NCBI GenBank assembly: GCA_035527535.1
Contig: DATLAK010000139.1
Span: 1-62,193 of the forward strand
From: Armatimonadota bacterium
GTDB taxonomy: Bacteria; Armatimonadota; Hebobacteria; GCA-020354555; CP070648
Reading direction: 5' to 3'
Length of the DNA stretch: 62,193 nucleotides
In this document: positions 16,246-25,579 of the stretch, piece after piece
How positions within the stretch are numbered: the first letter of the stretch is position 1
How the letters are laid out: each line of letters begins with the position of its first letter
Translations under genes and position numbers: made by a program
Notes under the pieces: model-generated
What the model was told of the DNA's origin: nothing
What the model saw: only the letters and a program-made list of their open reading frames with translations
Database searches by the model: none

Positions 16246-19200
16246 TTGTCCGACGCGAGAGAAACGCAGAAGCCAGGTCCCGATGTCGTGTACTTGGTGC
16301 CTGGTTTTCACAGCGACGCAGTGTGGCTTGAAGATCAACGCGACTACGCCGTGTCGCTGTTGGGAGACGTACGACAGAATCTTGAGATCTGCCGCGTCGA
16401 TCCCCACTACGGCGTGTTCCTGCACGAGCTGTCGTACTTGAAGCCCTACTATGACACTCACCCCGAGGAGCGCGGGCTCATCCGCGATCTGGTGCGTCAG
16501 GGGCGCATTGGCACGGGCGGTTCCTACAACCAGCCCGCCGAGAAGCTGATCAGCGCCGAGGGCATCATCCGCAATATCATCTACGGGCGCCTCTATCACG
16601 AGCGCGTCCTCGGCGACGAGCCGCTGGTGTACGCCCCGTGGGACGTCTTCGGCCACTGCGCGCAGCTATCGCAGATCCTGGCGCAATCGCGCTTTCTCGG
16701 CTGCTGCTGGTCGAAGCCCATCTCTGGGTTTTACCCGTTATTCTGGCACCGCGCGCCGGACGGCACCCGGCTGCTGATGCGGCGCCTGGGCTACGGCTAC
16801 CGGACGCAGGGGCAGGATGACCTGCGGGATCGCATCAGCAAGCAGTGCACCGAACTCACAGCGTACGGGCTCAATTGCGACGTGCGGCTCGACGCCAACG
16901 ACTTCAAGCCCCCCACCGCGTGGATGGCGGGGTTGACGGGGGGTCTGCGCGAAGGCACGCCCAGCATCCGGGTGAGCGGCTCGGGGCAGAGCAAGTTCAT
17001 GCTCGACGCCCACCGGCGCATCCGCGAGCAGGGCCTGCGCATACCGGAGACAGCGCGGGACATGGAGTACCATCATCAGGGCACCGCCATCACGCGCGTC
17101 CAGTTCAAGATCGGCAACCGCATGGCCGAGAACGCGATCGTCAATGCGGAGAAATTCGGCGCTTTCGCCGCCGCCCTCGGCGCGACCTATCCCGAACTCG
17201 CGCTGGACAAGGCGTGGCGGCAGCTCCTGTTCAACCAGCACCACGACGCGATCACCGGTCCCTGCTGTGACCGCGCATACCTCGACCTCATGGCCGCCTA
17301 CCGCGAGTCGCTGGAGCTGGCCGCGGAAGCGCTCGACTCGGCGCTGAGGTACATCGGCTCGCTGGTGGACACCGCCGCGCCCGCACCGGCGGCCGACGCG
17401 CTGCCGCTGGCGGTGTTCAACCCGCTCAACTGGGCCCGAACCGATGTCTGCCGGGTGACGGTGGAGCTGCCGGCGGGGTGGAAGGGCTTCGCGCTGCGCA
17501 CCGCCGAGGGCCGGGAGGTGGCGGTCGAACTGCTGGCGACCGCGAAGCGGCGGCGACGCCTGCAGGCCGACCTCCGTTTCATCGCGGCTGACATCCCGTC
17601 CCTAGGCTACCGCCTGTTCTACGTGACGCCGGCGCCGGAGATGCCGCCGCCGCCGGTGACGAAGCGGGGCGCGATGATCGAGAACGAGTTCTTCCGCGTG
17701 CGCGTGGATGCCGATCACGGCGGCATCGTCAGTCTCTACGACAAGCAGGCGCGTCGCGAGGTGCTGGATACGTCGCGCGGCCCCGGCAACGAGATCGTGG
17801 CCCTGGCTGAAGATCCGGCGCGCCGCGAACCCCCGTGGGAGGTGTGGACCACCGGCCCCCGGTGGTGCTCGCGCGACTACGAGGCGCAGGTGGAGCTGCG
17901 CGCGGGCGCGGTGAGCAGTGCGCTGGTCATCAAGGGGGCGATGAAGGACTGCCGGCGCGAGCAGGAGATCACCCTCTACCCGGGCCTGGCGCGCATTGAC
18001 TGCGTCACGCGGCTGGTGGACTATCGCGGCCAGCATGACCTGTTCGTGGTGACCTTCCCCTCGGGGCTGCAAGGGGTGGAACCGATATTCGAGGAGCGCT
18101 GCGCGGTGGTGACCCGCAAGGCGAGCAAAAGCGTCTTCGATTTTCGCACCCAGGCGCAGAACAACCTGTCGGAGTGCGGACTGCGCGCGGCCTACCAGTG
18201 GTTCGCTCACGGCTCCTGCGCGCGCCTGCGCATGGGAACCAAGGGCACTGCCAACTCCGCGTCATTCACCCTGGGCATGGTCGCGCTGGTCATCCCCCAC
18301 GGGGACGCGGTCGAGGACCAGGCATACGCCCTGGCGGGAAAGCTCATCAGCAAGGGCGTGTTCTGCACGCCGCTGTTCGATGACGGCGACCGCCAGCACC
18401 GCGGCGTCTCCGTCCCCCAGGACCTGACCGTGCAGGAGGAGCTCAACGCCGACCTGCCGTGGGGGACGAGCTTCCGCGTCGCGCTCGACATCAAGGGCGA
18501 CAATCACTACGCGAGGGGGCTGATCAACCGGCTCTCCGATCACGCGAAGGGCGGCTTCCGCAAGCGGCGCGACCAGGCGGGCCACGCGTTCGTGTTCGTG
18601 CTCGACGACGAGGTCCCGGAAGGGTGGCCGGCGCTGCCGGTGCTGATCCTGTCGGCGCAGGGTGCGGATGATCTGCGCCGCGGCCTCGATTACATGATGC
18701 GCGATTTCGCGGCGACGGCGGATATCAACCTGCCGGCGAACGTCAACGCCTCGGGCTCCCGCCAGCAGGTGGACGACTACACCCTGGCCATCGCCAACCT
18801 CGGTAACATCATGACCAGCATCGAGGCCGACAACACCATGGTGCTGGGGCTGATGCACACTTCGCCATGGGGCGCGACGCCGTGGGGTCGCGACCGCCTG
18901 CCGTTCTTCATCGTACCGGAGCACAAGACTCACGTTTACCCGTATGCGCTTTGTCCCTCCGCGGGCGACTGGCGGGCGGCGCGCGCCTACCGCGTCGGCT
19001 ATGAGTTCAACAACCCGTTGCTGGCGGTGGCGCTGGCGCAGCACGGCGGAGCGCTGCCCGCCGCCATGAGCTTCCTTACGGTCGAGGGCGATAACCTGAT
19101 CGTGACCGCGGTGAAGCGCCACGGCAACCCCGCGGGCGCGTTCGAGGGCAGGGCCCCGGTGGAAGACCCGGGCGTCACCGTACGCCTGTACGAGGCCACC

Positions 19201-20127
19201 GGCAGTCCCGTCTCCCTGCGCCTGGGTTGGTTCGCGCCCCTGGGCGAGGCGTGGCAGACCAACCTCTTGGAGGAACGCGAGCGCCCGCTGGCCCCGTGCG
19301 GGGAACGCGGCACCTGCGTAGGCGATGACGCCGGCCCCTTTTCGATCAAGACCTACAACCTGCGCGGCGGCGCGCCCGTAGTACGCGGCGAGGCTTGCTC
19401 CCTGGGGCGCGAGACCGAGCCGGTGCAGCCGCTGCACATCCGCTACTGGGATCACAACCTGGGCGAGGCGCCGCTTGGCAACGCGCCGGTATCGGTGGTG
19501 TTGGAGGGCGCGGTCAAGACGGGAATCCACATCCGTCAAGGCGGCGTCACCATCAATACGCTCAAAGTCGCGGTCTGCAATAACTACCTCGACCAGCGCA
19601 TCAGCGGACGCGTGGAGCTGGTTGTGCCGGAGGGATGGAAGACCGTGCCGGCTCATGTGGACTATGACCTCGGTGCCAATGAGCACATGACCCAGGAGGT
19701 GGTGCTGTGCTTCACGAGCGACAGACGCTCGGGCCTGGTCAAGGCGCGGCTGGCGCACCGCGGGCAAGTCTATCAGGATGTGATCGAGGTCGGCGAGGCC
19801 CCGCGCATCGAGTGGGAGGTCAGCCGCCGCGGCGGGCGCGTGGAGGCGCGCCTGAAGAACGTCGGCGCGGATGCGGTCGAAGGCGGCGTCGTCCTCATCG
19901 GGCCGATGGAGACCTGGGGGCGGGCGGCGGCGCCCCTGGCGCTGGCGGAGTCATCGCCACCCGTGCAGGGGTTCGCGTTGGGGCCGGGCGAGGAGGCAAG
20001 CTACCGGTTTGCTCTCGCGCCCGTGCTCGGTCAGCCCAAGCTCCCGGACTACTGGGCGGTGGTCAAGATCTTCTACCACGGACATGTTGACTACAAGTGC
20101 GTGTCAGGTGCGCATGTCGAAGCCTGA
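16246..20127 (+). CDS. GH38 family alpha-mannosidase-like protein, unusually long (1293 aa)
   Basis: VVYLVPGFHSDAVW N-terminal metal-site region, DVFGH, and FNQHHDAITG (class II mannosidase signature). TTG start with GAAAGGAG RBS. Long C-terminal beta-rich extension. Confidence 0.75.
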   Translation: MSDARETQKPGPDVVYLVPGFHSDAVWLEDQRDYAVSLLGDVRQNLEICRVDPHYGVFLHELSYLKPYYDTHPEERGLIRDLVRQGRIGTGGSYNQPAEKLISAEGIIRNIIYGRLYHERVLGDEPLVYAPWDVFGHCAQLSQILAQSRFLGCCWSKPISGFYPLFWHRAPDGTRLLMRRLGYGYRTQGQDDLRDRISKQCTELTAYGLNCDVRLDANDFKPPTAWMAGLTGGLREGTPSIRVSGSGQSKFMLDAHRRIREQGLRIPETARDMEYHHQGTAITRVQFKIGNRMAENAIVNAEKFGAFAAALGATYPELALDKAWRQLLFNQHHDAITGPCCDRAYLDLMAAYRESLELAAEALDSALRYIGSLVDTAAPAPAADALPLAVFNPLNWARTDVCRVTVELPAGWKGFALRTAEGREVAVELLATAKRRRRLQADLRFIAADIPSLGYRLFYVTPAPEMPPPPVTKRGAMIENEFFRVRVDADHGGIVSLYDKQARREVLDTSRGPGNEIVALAEDPARREPPWEVWTTGPRWCSRDYEAQVELRAGAVSSALVIKGAMKDCRREQEITLYPGLARIDCVTRLVDYRGQHDLFVVTFPSGLQGVEPIFEERCAVVTRKASKSVFDFRTQAQNNLSECGLRAAYQWFAHGSCARLRMGTKGTANSASFTLGMVALVIPHGDAVEDQAYALAGKLISKGVFCTPLFDDGDRQHRGVSVPQDLTVQEELNADLPWGTSFRVALDIKGDNHYARGLINRLSDHAKGGFRKRRDQAGHAFVFVLDDEVPEGWPALPVLILSAQGADDLRRGLDYMMRDFAATADINLPANVNASGSRQQVDDYTLAIANLGNIMTSIEADNTMVLGLMHTSPWGATPWGRDRLPFFIVPEHKTHVYPYALCPSAGDWRAARAYRVGYEFNNPLLAVALAQHGGALPAAMSFLTVEGDNLIVTAVKRHGNPAGAFEGRAPVEDPGVTVRLYEATGSPVSLRLGWFAPLGEAWQTNLLEERERPLAPCGERGTCVGDDAGPFSIKTYNLRGGAPVVRGEACSLGRETEPVQPLHIRYWDHNLGEAPLGNAPVSVVLEGAVKTGIHIRQGGVTINTLKVAVCNNYLDQRISGRVELVVPEGWKTVPAHVDYDLGANEHMTQEVVLCFTSDRRSGLVKARLAHRGQVYQDVIEVGEAPRIEWEVSRRGGRVEARLKNVGADAVEGGVVLIGPMETWGRAAAPLALAESSPPVQGFALGPGEEASYRFALAPVLGQPKLPDYWAVVKIFYHGHVDYKCVSGAHVEA

Positions 20128-20156
20128 TGATGCCGCCGCGCGGCGACGATTGTCGC

Positions 20157-23100
20157 TCACGTGCTGCGCACCTCGGCGGCGCAGCGGGCGACGGCAGGCA
20201 GCGGCTGGTGCCGCTCGATCCAGGCGCCGAAGATGCCCATGCTCAACTTGTGGCGTGGCACCACCTGCCCGGTCTGGGTCACCAGGTCCTTCTCGACCAG
20301 CCCTTCGAGGGCGAGGGTGACGGCAGCGGAGGAGAGCTCGCATCCGTGGGCCCGCAGCGAATCCGCGATCAGCGCTGACGTGGCGCCGCCGCGGCCGCAG
20401 TGGGCAATCGCCGCCAGCAGCGCCCGCTCGACCGCGTCCGGCTGCTCCCACAGGTAGCGCAGGTGCGTCTCGCCCCACTCGATGATTCCATCCACGCAGC
20501 CCTCGATCACGTCGTATGTCAAGTACGGCCGGTTGAGTCGCTGGCAGCGACTGACCAGGTAATGTCCCATGAGCTGCAGGAAGTAGGGATGTCCGCCGCT
20601 GAGCTCCCATATGCGATAGGCGGCGAGGCCGTCGCAGGCGATCCCCGCTTGCGCCATGGGCTGCACCACGCCCTCGTGGGCGGCGGATGAGTCTATGCGT
20701 CCCACCTTGCGATAGATCGCCAGATTGAACAGGAACGACCAGTAGTCCTCGCCCAGCTCCTCCAGCCGGTTGGTGCCGGACAGCAGGAAGGCGATGCGCG
20801 GCGAGTGCTGGATGAGGTGGCGAAGATAGGTGAATACGCTGTCCGCCAGCAGGCCGCTGCGCACCTTATGCTCCAGGTCGTCGAACTCGTCGAGCATGAC
20901 CAGCAGGCGCTTGTCGCCGGTGCGGATGAGTCGCTCCAGGAACCGCGGCAGCACCCCCAAGTCGGCGGCGAGTTCCTCCGGCGACGGCAGCCATGCCGCC
21001 GGCGCGCCCACGGCCTCCCGGCAGCGGTCGGCAATGGCGCGCCACAGGTGCCCGAGGTCACGCATCAGTACGCCCTGGACGTCAACGAACACCGGCCAAT
21101 AGGCGTCGCCGAAGCGCGCCTCCACCTGGCGCAGGATACTGGTCTTGCCGATCCGCCGCGGACCGATGAGGCCGACCACGTTCTCCTGGTAGGCCCCGTG
21201 CAGCGCCTCGCGCAGGAAGCTCAGGAGGTCCTCGCGCCCGATGAACATCGGCGAGTCACAGGCCAGCGGCTTGCCCGGCACGTAGGGGTTCTCCCGCGGG
21301 CGGGCGTCGGCGCACGGAGGCGCCGGTTCGAGCTGCAGGTCACAGCGGAAATCGGCGTGGTAATCGGTGCCGGCGGCGTCATCGTAGGCGACGGTGGCCG
21401 AGATGTCCACCGTCCCCGCCTGCGGTTGCGGGTGCTGGCCGCTCAGACGCAGGGGTAACAACATCTCCTCGCCGGGGGCCAGCTCTGCCAGCGGCCGTTG
21501 GTCGTGCGCGGAGACAATGTAGGGCGCTGGCGCCTCCGCGCAAACCCAGACGTTGGTGGCGGGAGCGTTACCCCGATTGCGCAGGTACAGGCCCAGCGTC
21601 ATCTCGGAATCGAGGCGCGGACGCTCCGGCAGCAGGGCGACCACTATCTCCGGATGGTCGGACAGGAAAGGTAGGACCGCCGAGACTGCTTCGGCGGCGG
21701 TGCCGAGCAGATGCGTGACCACCCGCCGATAGATGAGCGCGGGCGACCTGGCAGCTAGGGCTTGCCGCGACCGCAGCAACTGCAGCGCTTCCCTGAGGTG
21801 CGAAACCTGGTCCAGGCGCGACGACGCCTCGCACGCCGCGCGCAGGGGCTGAGCCGCGCACAATAATGCGTTAGTGTCTTCAATCCCGGGCACCAATGCC
21901 AGCACGTCCGCGAGCTCGCGCATCGAGGGGAAGCCTTGGCACGCCTGCACCAGTTGTTCGAGGGTGGGCGCGCGCAGCACCGCGCAGACGCCCTTGGCTG
22001 CGGCGCTCAACGCGGCGATAGCCGCGCCCTGGGGCTGTGCCTCCACCAGCGCGGCAAGGCGGTCAACGTGATCTTCCATGGGGTCGCGGCGAGCAAGGTC
22101 CACGAGTATGCCCATGAGGTCGGCGGTGACGAAATCGCGCGCCGCCTGGGCCAGTTCCTGCAGCACCCCCTCGCTGCCCGCCGCCACTCCGATGCGCACC
22201 CCGGCGCACAAGCGGGCCGCTTCGTCATGCGCCGCCAGCGCTGTCGCCAGCGCCTGCGCCAGTTGCGGTTCGGGAACGTCGGCCAGGTGCTCACCCAACA
22301 TCGCGACCGCGCGCCGGGGATCGTAGGTCCCCATCTCGCCGATGGCCCGGATGGCGTTGTGGCGCACCTCCGCGTGGTCGTCGCGGCGCAGCACGTCCAG
22401 CGCCTCCCACACGTCAGTTGCCACCTGCGGATCGTCGGCGGCCACCGCGAGGCTGCGGGCCGCCGCCGCTCGCACCGCGGGATGCGAATCTTTCGCCAGG
22501 TCGAGCAGCGACTGTCGCGCCTGAGGCGAGGACGCCCATACGCACTTGAGGGCCAACGCAGCGCGCGTCCGCACGACCGCCCACTTGTCATGCGCCAGCT
22601 CCGACAGAAGTAGGAGCACGGCGTGCCGTGCTCCTACGCCGCCCACGGCGGTCGCGTACTCGAGCCCGGCCGCCGCTCCCAGGCGTACATTGTGGTCGGC
22701 CGCTCCGGCAAACCGACGCAGCGCCCTGATCGCCCACTCCGGGCGCGCCGGGGCTGCGCGGCCGGTGGCCTCTGCGGCGGCGCCGCGAACGAAGGAGTCG
22801 TGGTCGCCCGCCAGTAGCTGCAGCATCGCGCAGGCCGCGTCGGCATCGGCGGCGGCGAAAGAGGCGGCGCTCATCGCCAGCTCCGCGCGCACCATGGGGC
22901 TGGGGTCCCGCGCGAGCGAAGTGAGCAAGCGCACGGCGGCGTCGGAATCGGGGTTGCTCGTTCCCGCCAGGGCGTGCGCCGCGCACCAGCGCCGGGAATC
23001 GTGGGCATCACCGGCGAGCCGCGCCGTCAGCTTGAGGGCGCCCGGAGCGGCCGCCGCCACGAGCTGTGCGAGGCCCGACGCAGCGCCCTGGTTGATGTAC

Positions 23101-23630
23101 TCGTCTGGTTTGGCGCTGGAGAACAGCAGGTCCGACAGCGCACGTACCGCCCGCACCGGGTGACCACGGCCTGCGCGGCCAATGGCTTCCGTCGCCGTCG
23201 CGCGCACCTGGCCGTCCATGTCACACGCGAGCGCCACCAGTAGATCGAAGGCGCTGTCGCTTTTCGCCGCGTGCTCCGCCAGCCCGGCGGCGACACCGAC
23301 GCGAACCTCGGCTTCGCCCGCCAGTTCCTCGCGGATCGCGGCCAGCACGCGTCCGTCCACCACGCAAGCACGGGATAACCAGTAGGCCCCGGCTTCGCGC
23401 ACCTCGGGGATGGGGTCGGCGCACATGCGCCTGAGGTCATCAATCGCGTCGCTCTGGGTCGCTGCCAGCGCGTAGAGGGCTGGTGCGGCACGGGCGCGGA
23501 GTTCGCAGGAGGGGCTGCGGAGCAGTCGTTCGATGGTTGCACGCGCCCAGCGATAGCGCTGAGCGTAGCGCCCCAAGCGGAGAGCATTGTGGGTCGAAGG
23601 GTCCGCTTCTCGCACCGAAGTCTGAAGCAT
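20157..23630 (-). CDS. HEAT-repeat / CARDB-like beta-sandwich / STAND-type P-loop ATPase / winged-helix protein (1157 aa)
   Basis: aa 45-500 carry repeated D.(S/P).VR..AA..L HEAT motifs. aa 675-770 are CARDB-like (LGLYLRNRGNAPATNVWV...LAPGEEMLLPLRL). NPYVPGKPL..FIGRE precedes Walker A GPRRIGKTS (nt 21138-21164). Walker B is LLVMLDEFDD (nt 20877-20906), followed by GGHPYF (GxP-like) and a C-terminal wHTH-like segment. Confidence 0.75.
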   Translation of the reverse strand: MLQTSVREADPSTHNALRLGRYAQRYRWARATIERLLRSPSCELRARAAPALYALAATQSDAIDDLRRMCADPIPEVREAGAYWLSRACVVDGRVLAAIREELAGEAEVRVGVAAGLAEHAAKSDSAFDLLVALACDMDGQVRATATEAIGRAGRGHPVRAVRALSDLLFSSAKPDEYINQGAASGLAQLVAAAAPGALKLTARLAGDAHDSRRWCAAHALAGTSNPDSDAAVRLLTSLARDPSPMVRAELAMSAASFAAADADAACAMLQLLAGDHDSFVRGAAAEATGRAAPARPEWAIRALRRFAGAADHNVRLGAAAGLEYATAVGGVGARHAVLLLLSELAHDKWAVVRTRAALALKCVWASSPQARQSLLDLAKDSHPAVRAAAARSLAVAADDPQVATDVWEALDVLRRDDHAEVRHNAIRAIGEMGTYDPRRAVAMLGEHLADVPEPQLAQALATALAAHDEAARLCAGVRIGVAAGSEGVLQELAQAARDFVTADLMGILVDLARRDPMEDHVDRLAALVEAQPQGAAIAALSAAAKGVCAVLRAPTLEQLVQACQGFPSMRELADVLALVPGIEDTNALLCAAQPLRAACEASSRLDQVSHLREALQLLRSRQALAARSPALIYRRVVTHLLGTAAEAVSAVLPFLSDHPEIVVALLPERPRLDSEMTLGLYLRNRGNAPATNVWVCAEAPAPYIVSAHDQRPLAELAPGEEMLLPLRLSGQHPQPQAGTVDISATVAYDDAAGTDYHADFRCDLQLEPAPPCADARPRENPYVPGKPLACDSPMFIGREDLLSFLREALHGAYQENVVGLIGPRRIGKTSILRQVEARFGDAYWPVFVDVQGVLMRDLGHLWRAIADRCREAVGAPAAWLPSPEELAADLGVLPRFLERLIRTGDKRLLVMLDEFDDLEHKVRSGLLADSVFTYLRHLIQHSPRIAFLLSGTNRLEELGEDYWSFLFNLAIYRKVGRIDSSAAHEGVVQPMAQAGIACDGLAAYRIWELSGGHPYFLQLMGHYLVSRCQRLNRPYLTYDVIEGCVDGIIEWGETHLRYLWEQPDAVERALLAAIAHCGRGGATSALIADSLRAHGCELSSAAVTLALEGLVEKDLVTQTGQVVPRHKLSMGIFGAWIERHQPLPAVARCAAEVRST

Positions 23631-23817
23631 ACTTGCATGTCCCCGCGGTCCACGCCTTGGTGCATCGCGGCTGCGCTTCAGCCTCTAGACTATTCCCCCC
23701 AGTTGTTCCCACCCGTAGAATGCCCCCCGGTTGCTGCGGCTCCTGATACCGCTTCGGCGGCTCCACCCCCCGCGAAAGGCAGGGAACCCGGCTGTGCACT
23801 CCCCGCCCCGGTCCGCT

Positions 23818-24720
23818 TCAGTCCGCCGTTCGCTCCCCCGTCGGGATTCCCCATCTTACGGCTGATACATGATTCGAGGCACATGCCGCCAGTTCCTGCC
23901 ATACCCAGCGTGGCACTCTCACCGCCCCGATTGCTACCGGGCGCTCGGAGCGCGGGCCATGGGAATCCGTTCCCCCCGTAATCAGCAGGCCCAGTTGGCG
24001 CGCCATCGCGACGTAGTGCCGCGCGTGGGCCGCGCTGTGGTCGCAGTGAAAAGCCTCGAGGCCGGCCAGCCCTTGTTGGAGAAGCGCCTGGACGAGGATG
24101 TCGTCGCGCACCTTCGCCGGATGCGCCAGCACTGGGATGCCGCCGGCGGCACGGATGGCGCGCGCCGCCGCCTCGGGTGTCAGCCGGTAGCGCGGCACAT
24201 ACGCCGGCTGCCCGCGCCCGATGTACCGCGCGAAGGCCTCGGCGCCGGTCTTGACATGCCCCGCCTCCACCAGCGCCCGCGCCACGTGGGGCCGCCCCAC
24301 CGAACCACTGCCCGCGATCGCCGCCACGCGCGCCGCCTCCACCGGCAGGCCCAGGCCGGCCAGGCGTGCAACCATTTCCCGCATTCGCTCGACGCGGCGG
24401 CGCCGGATGTCCGCGAGCACGGCGTCCAGGGTGGGGGAGGTGTGATCTATGAAATAGCCGAGCACGTGCGCCTCGGTCGCGCCGCAATCGGTGTTGATCT
24501 CCACGCCCGGCACCACGGTGACGCCGAGGCGCTGCCCGGCCGCCAGGGCGGGCGCGATACCGTCGAGGGTATCGTGGTCGGCGATGCCCAAGACCTCGAC
24601 CCCGGACTCCGCCGCGGCGGCGACCGCCTCCTCGGAGGTGAAGGTGCCGTCCGACGCGCTCGTGTGCACGTGCAGGTCTATGGGGCTCACGGCGCGGTCA
24701 AGGCTGCGGGATGGCGTCAT
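23818..24720 (-). CDS. PHP-domain phosphoesterase (TrpH/YciV, RNase AM-like)
   Basis: IDLHVHTSASDGT, LGIADHDTLDG and ITGGTDSHG are metal-binding motifs of the PHP family. Confidence 0.8.
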   Translation of the reverse strand: MTPSRSLDRAVSPIDLHVHTSASDGTFTSEEAVAAAAESGVEVLGIADHDTLDGIAPALAAGQRLGVTVVPGVEINTDCGATEAHVLGYFIDHTSPTLDAVLADIRRRRVERMREMVARLAGLGLPVEAARVAAIAGSGSVGRPHVARALVEAGHVKTGAEAFARYIGRGQPAYVPRYRLTPEAAARAIRAAGGIPVLAHPAKVRDDILVQALLQQGLAGLEAFHCDHSAAHARHYVAMARQLGLLITGGTDSHGPRSERPVAIGAVRVPRWVWQELAACASNHVSAVRWGIPTGERTAD

Positions 24721-24849
24721 TCCGGCTCACTTCCCTGGAGGGTGCGCCCGGTCGCGGGGCGCTGCGGTAGAGGTAGGCCCAGGCCTGCTCCGCATCCATG
24801 AACGGCGCCTGCTCCGGCTGGGTGGCAGCGGAAGCTGGAGTGGGGCCGG

Positions 24850-25551
24850 TCACGAAGCTATGTCCAGGCTCGTCTTGACCCGCTCGCGCCGCCCGCTGCC
24901 CGGAGCCATGATTTCCGCCGCGAGTCGGCACGTGCCCGCTCGCACCGGCGTGACGTGAAGCTGCAGATCCAGCACGCCTCCCGCGGCGAGCGCCGGGAAC
25001 CACATGCGGCGCGTCCGGTCCGTGCGTCGCTGCCGGGAGGGTTTGGGCATGATCCGGTCCAGCCGCAGGTGTCGCTCGCAGGAGCGATCGAGTGCCACCA
25101 CGACCTGCTCCACGCGCCCGGGGCCGGGGTTCCAGATCTGGATGGAGATGATCGCGGGTTCGCGCACTGAGACCACCTCCGTCGGGGCGATCCTGGCGTG
25201 CAGCACCACCGCCGGCGCCGGGGGCGGCGCATAGTGGCGGGCGAGCAGCACCACCGCCAGCGCCGCCACGACGGCGAGGATGAGCGTCGTCACCCATACC
25301 CGGGATCGCACGAGCGCTTGCCTGGCTAGGTCCAGGGTTGACTTGTGGAAGGGGCATGCGAGATACCGGTCCGGGTCGCTGATGTGGAAATCATCAGGGC
25401 GCGAGATGGAGACGCAGTCGAGCATCTGCGCGTCGTAGTCCGCGCAGTAGCGGCACTTCAGCAGTTGCTCGTGGCAGCGCCCGCACCGCGGGAAGGGCAC
25501 GATGCCCTCGCGGCACAACTTGCCGCATTGCGGGCATTTGAGGGTTACCAT
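24850..25551 (-). CDS. Hypothetical zinc-ribbon / TM / beta-sandwich membrane protein
   Basis: N-terminal CPQCG..x..CGRCH..x..CRYC, one TM (VWVTTLILAVVAALAVVLLA) and a C-terminal CARDB-like segment (IISIQIWNPGPGRVEQVVVAL...LAAGGVLDLQLHVTP). Start set at ATG 25551. Confidence 0.55.
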   Translation of the reverse strand: MVTLKCPQCGKLCREGIVPFPRCGRCHEQLLKCRYCADYDAQMLDCVSISRPDDFHISDPDRYLACPFHKSTLDLARQALVRSRVWVTTLILAVVAALAVVLLARHYAPPPAPAVVLHARIAPTEVVSVREPAIISIQIWNPGPGRVEQVVVALDRSCERHLRLDRIMPKPSRQRRTDRTRRMWFPALAAGGVLDLQLHVTPVRAGTCRLAAEIMAPGSGRRERVKTSLDIAS

Positions 25552-25579
25552 CGAAGCACCCGACGCCGCCTCGTCTCGC

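Noticed and set aside
23660-23720. GGAAC...GTCT motif upstream of the HEAT-ATPase gene as an ECF-type promoter.
   Set aside because: The spacing between GGAAC and GTC is only 14 nt, against the 16-17 nt expected. No supporting evidence.
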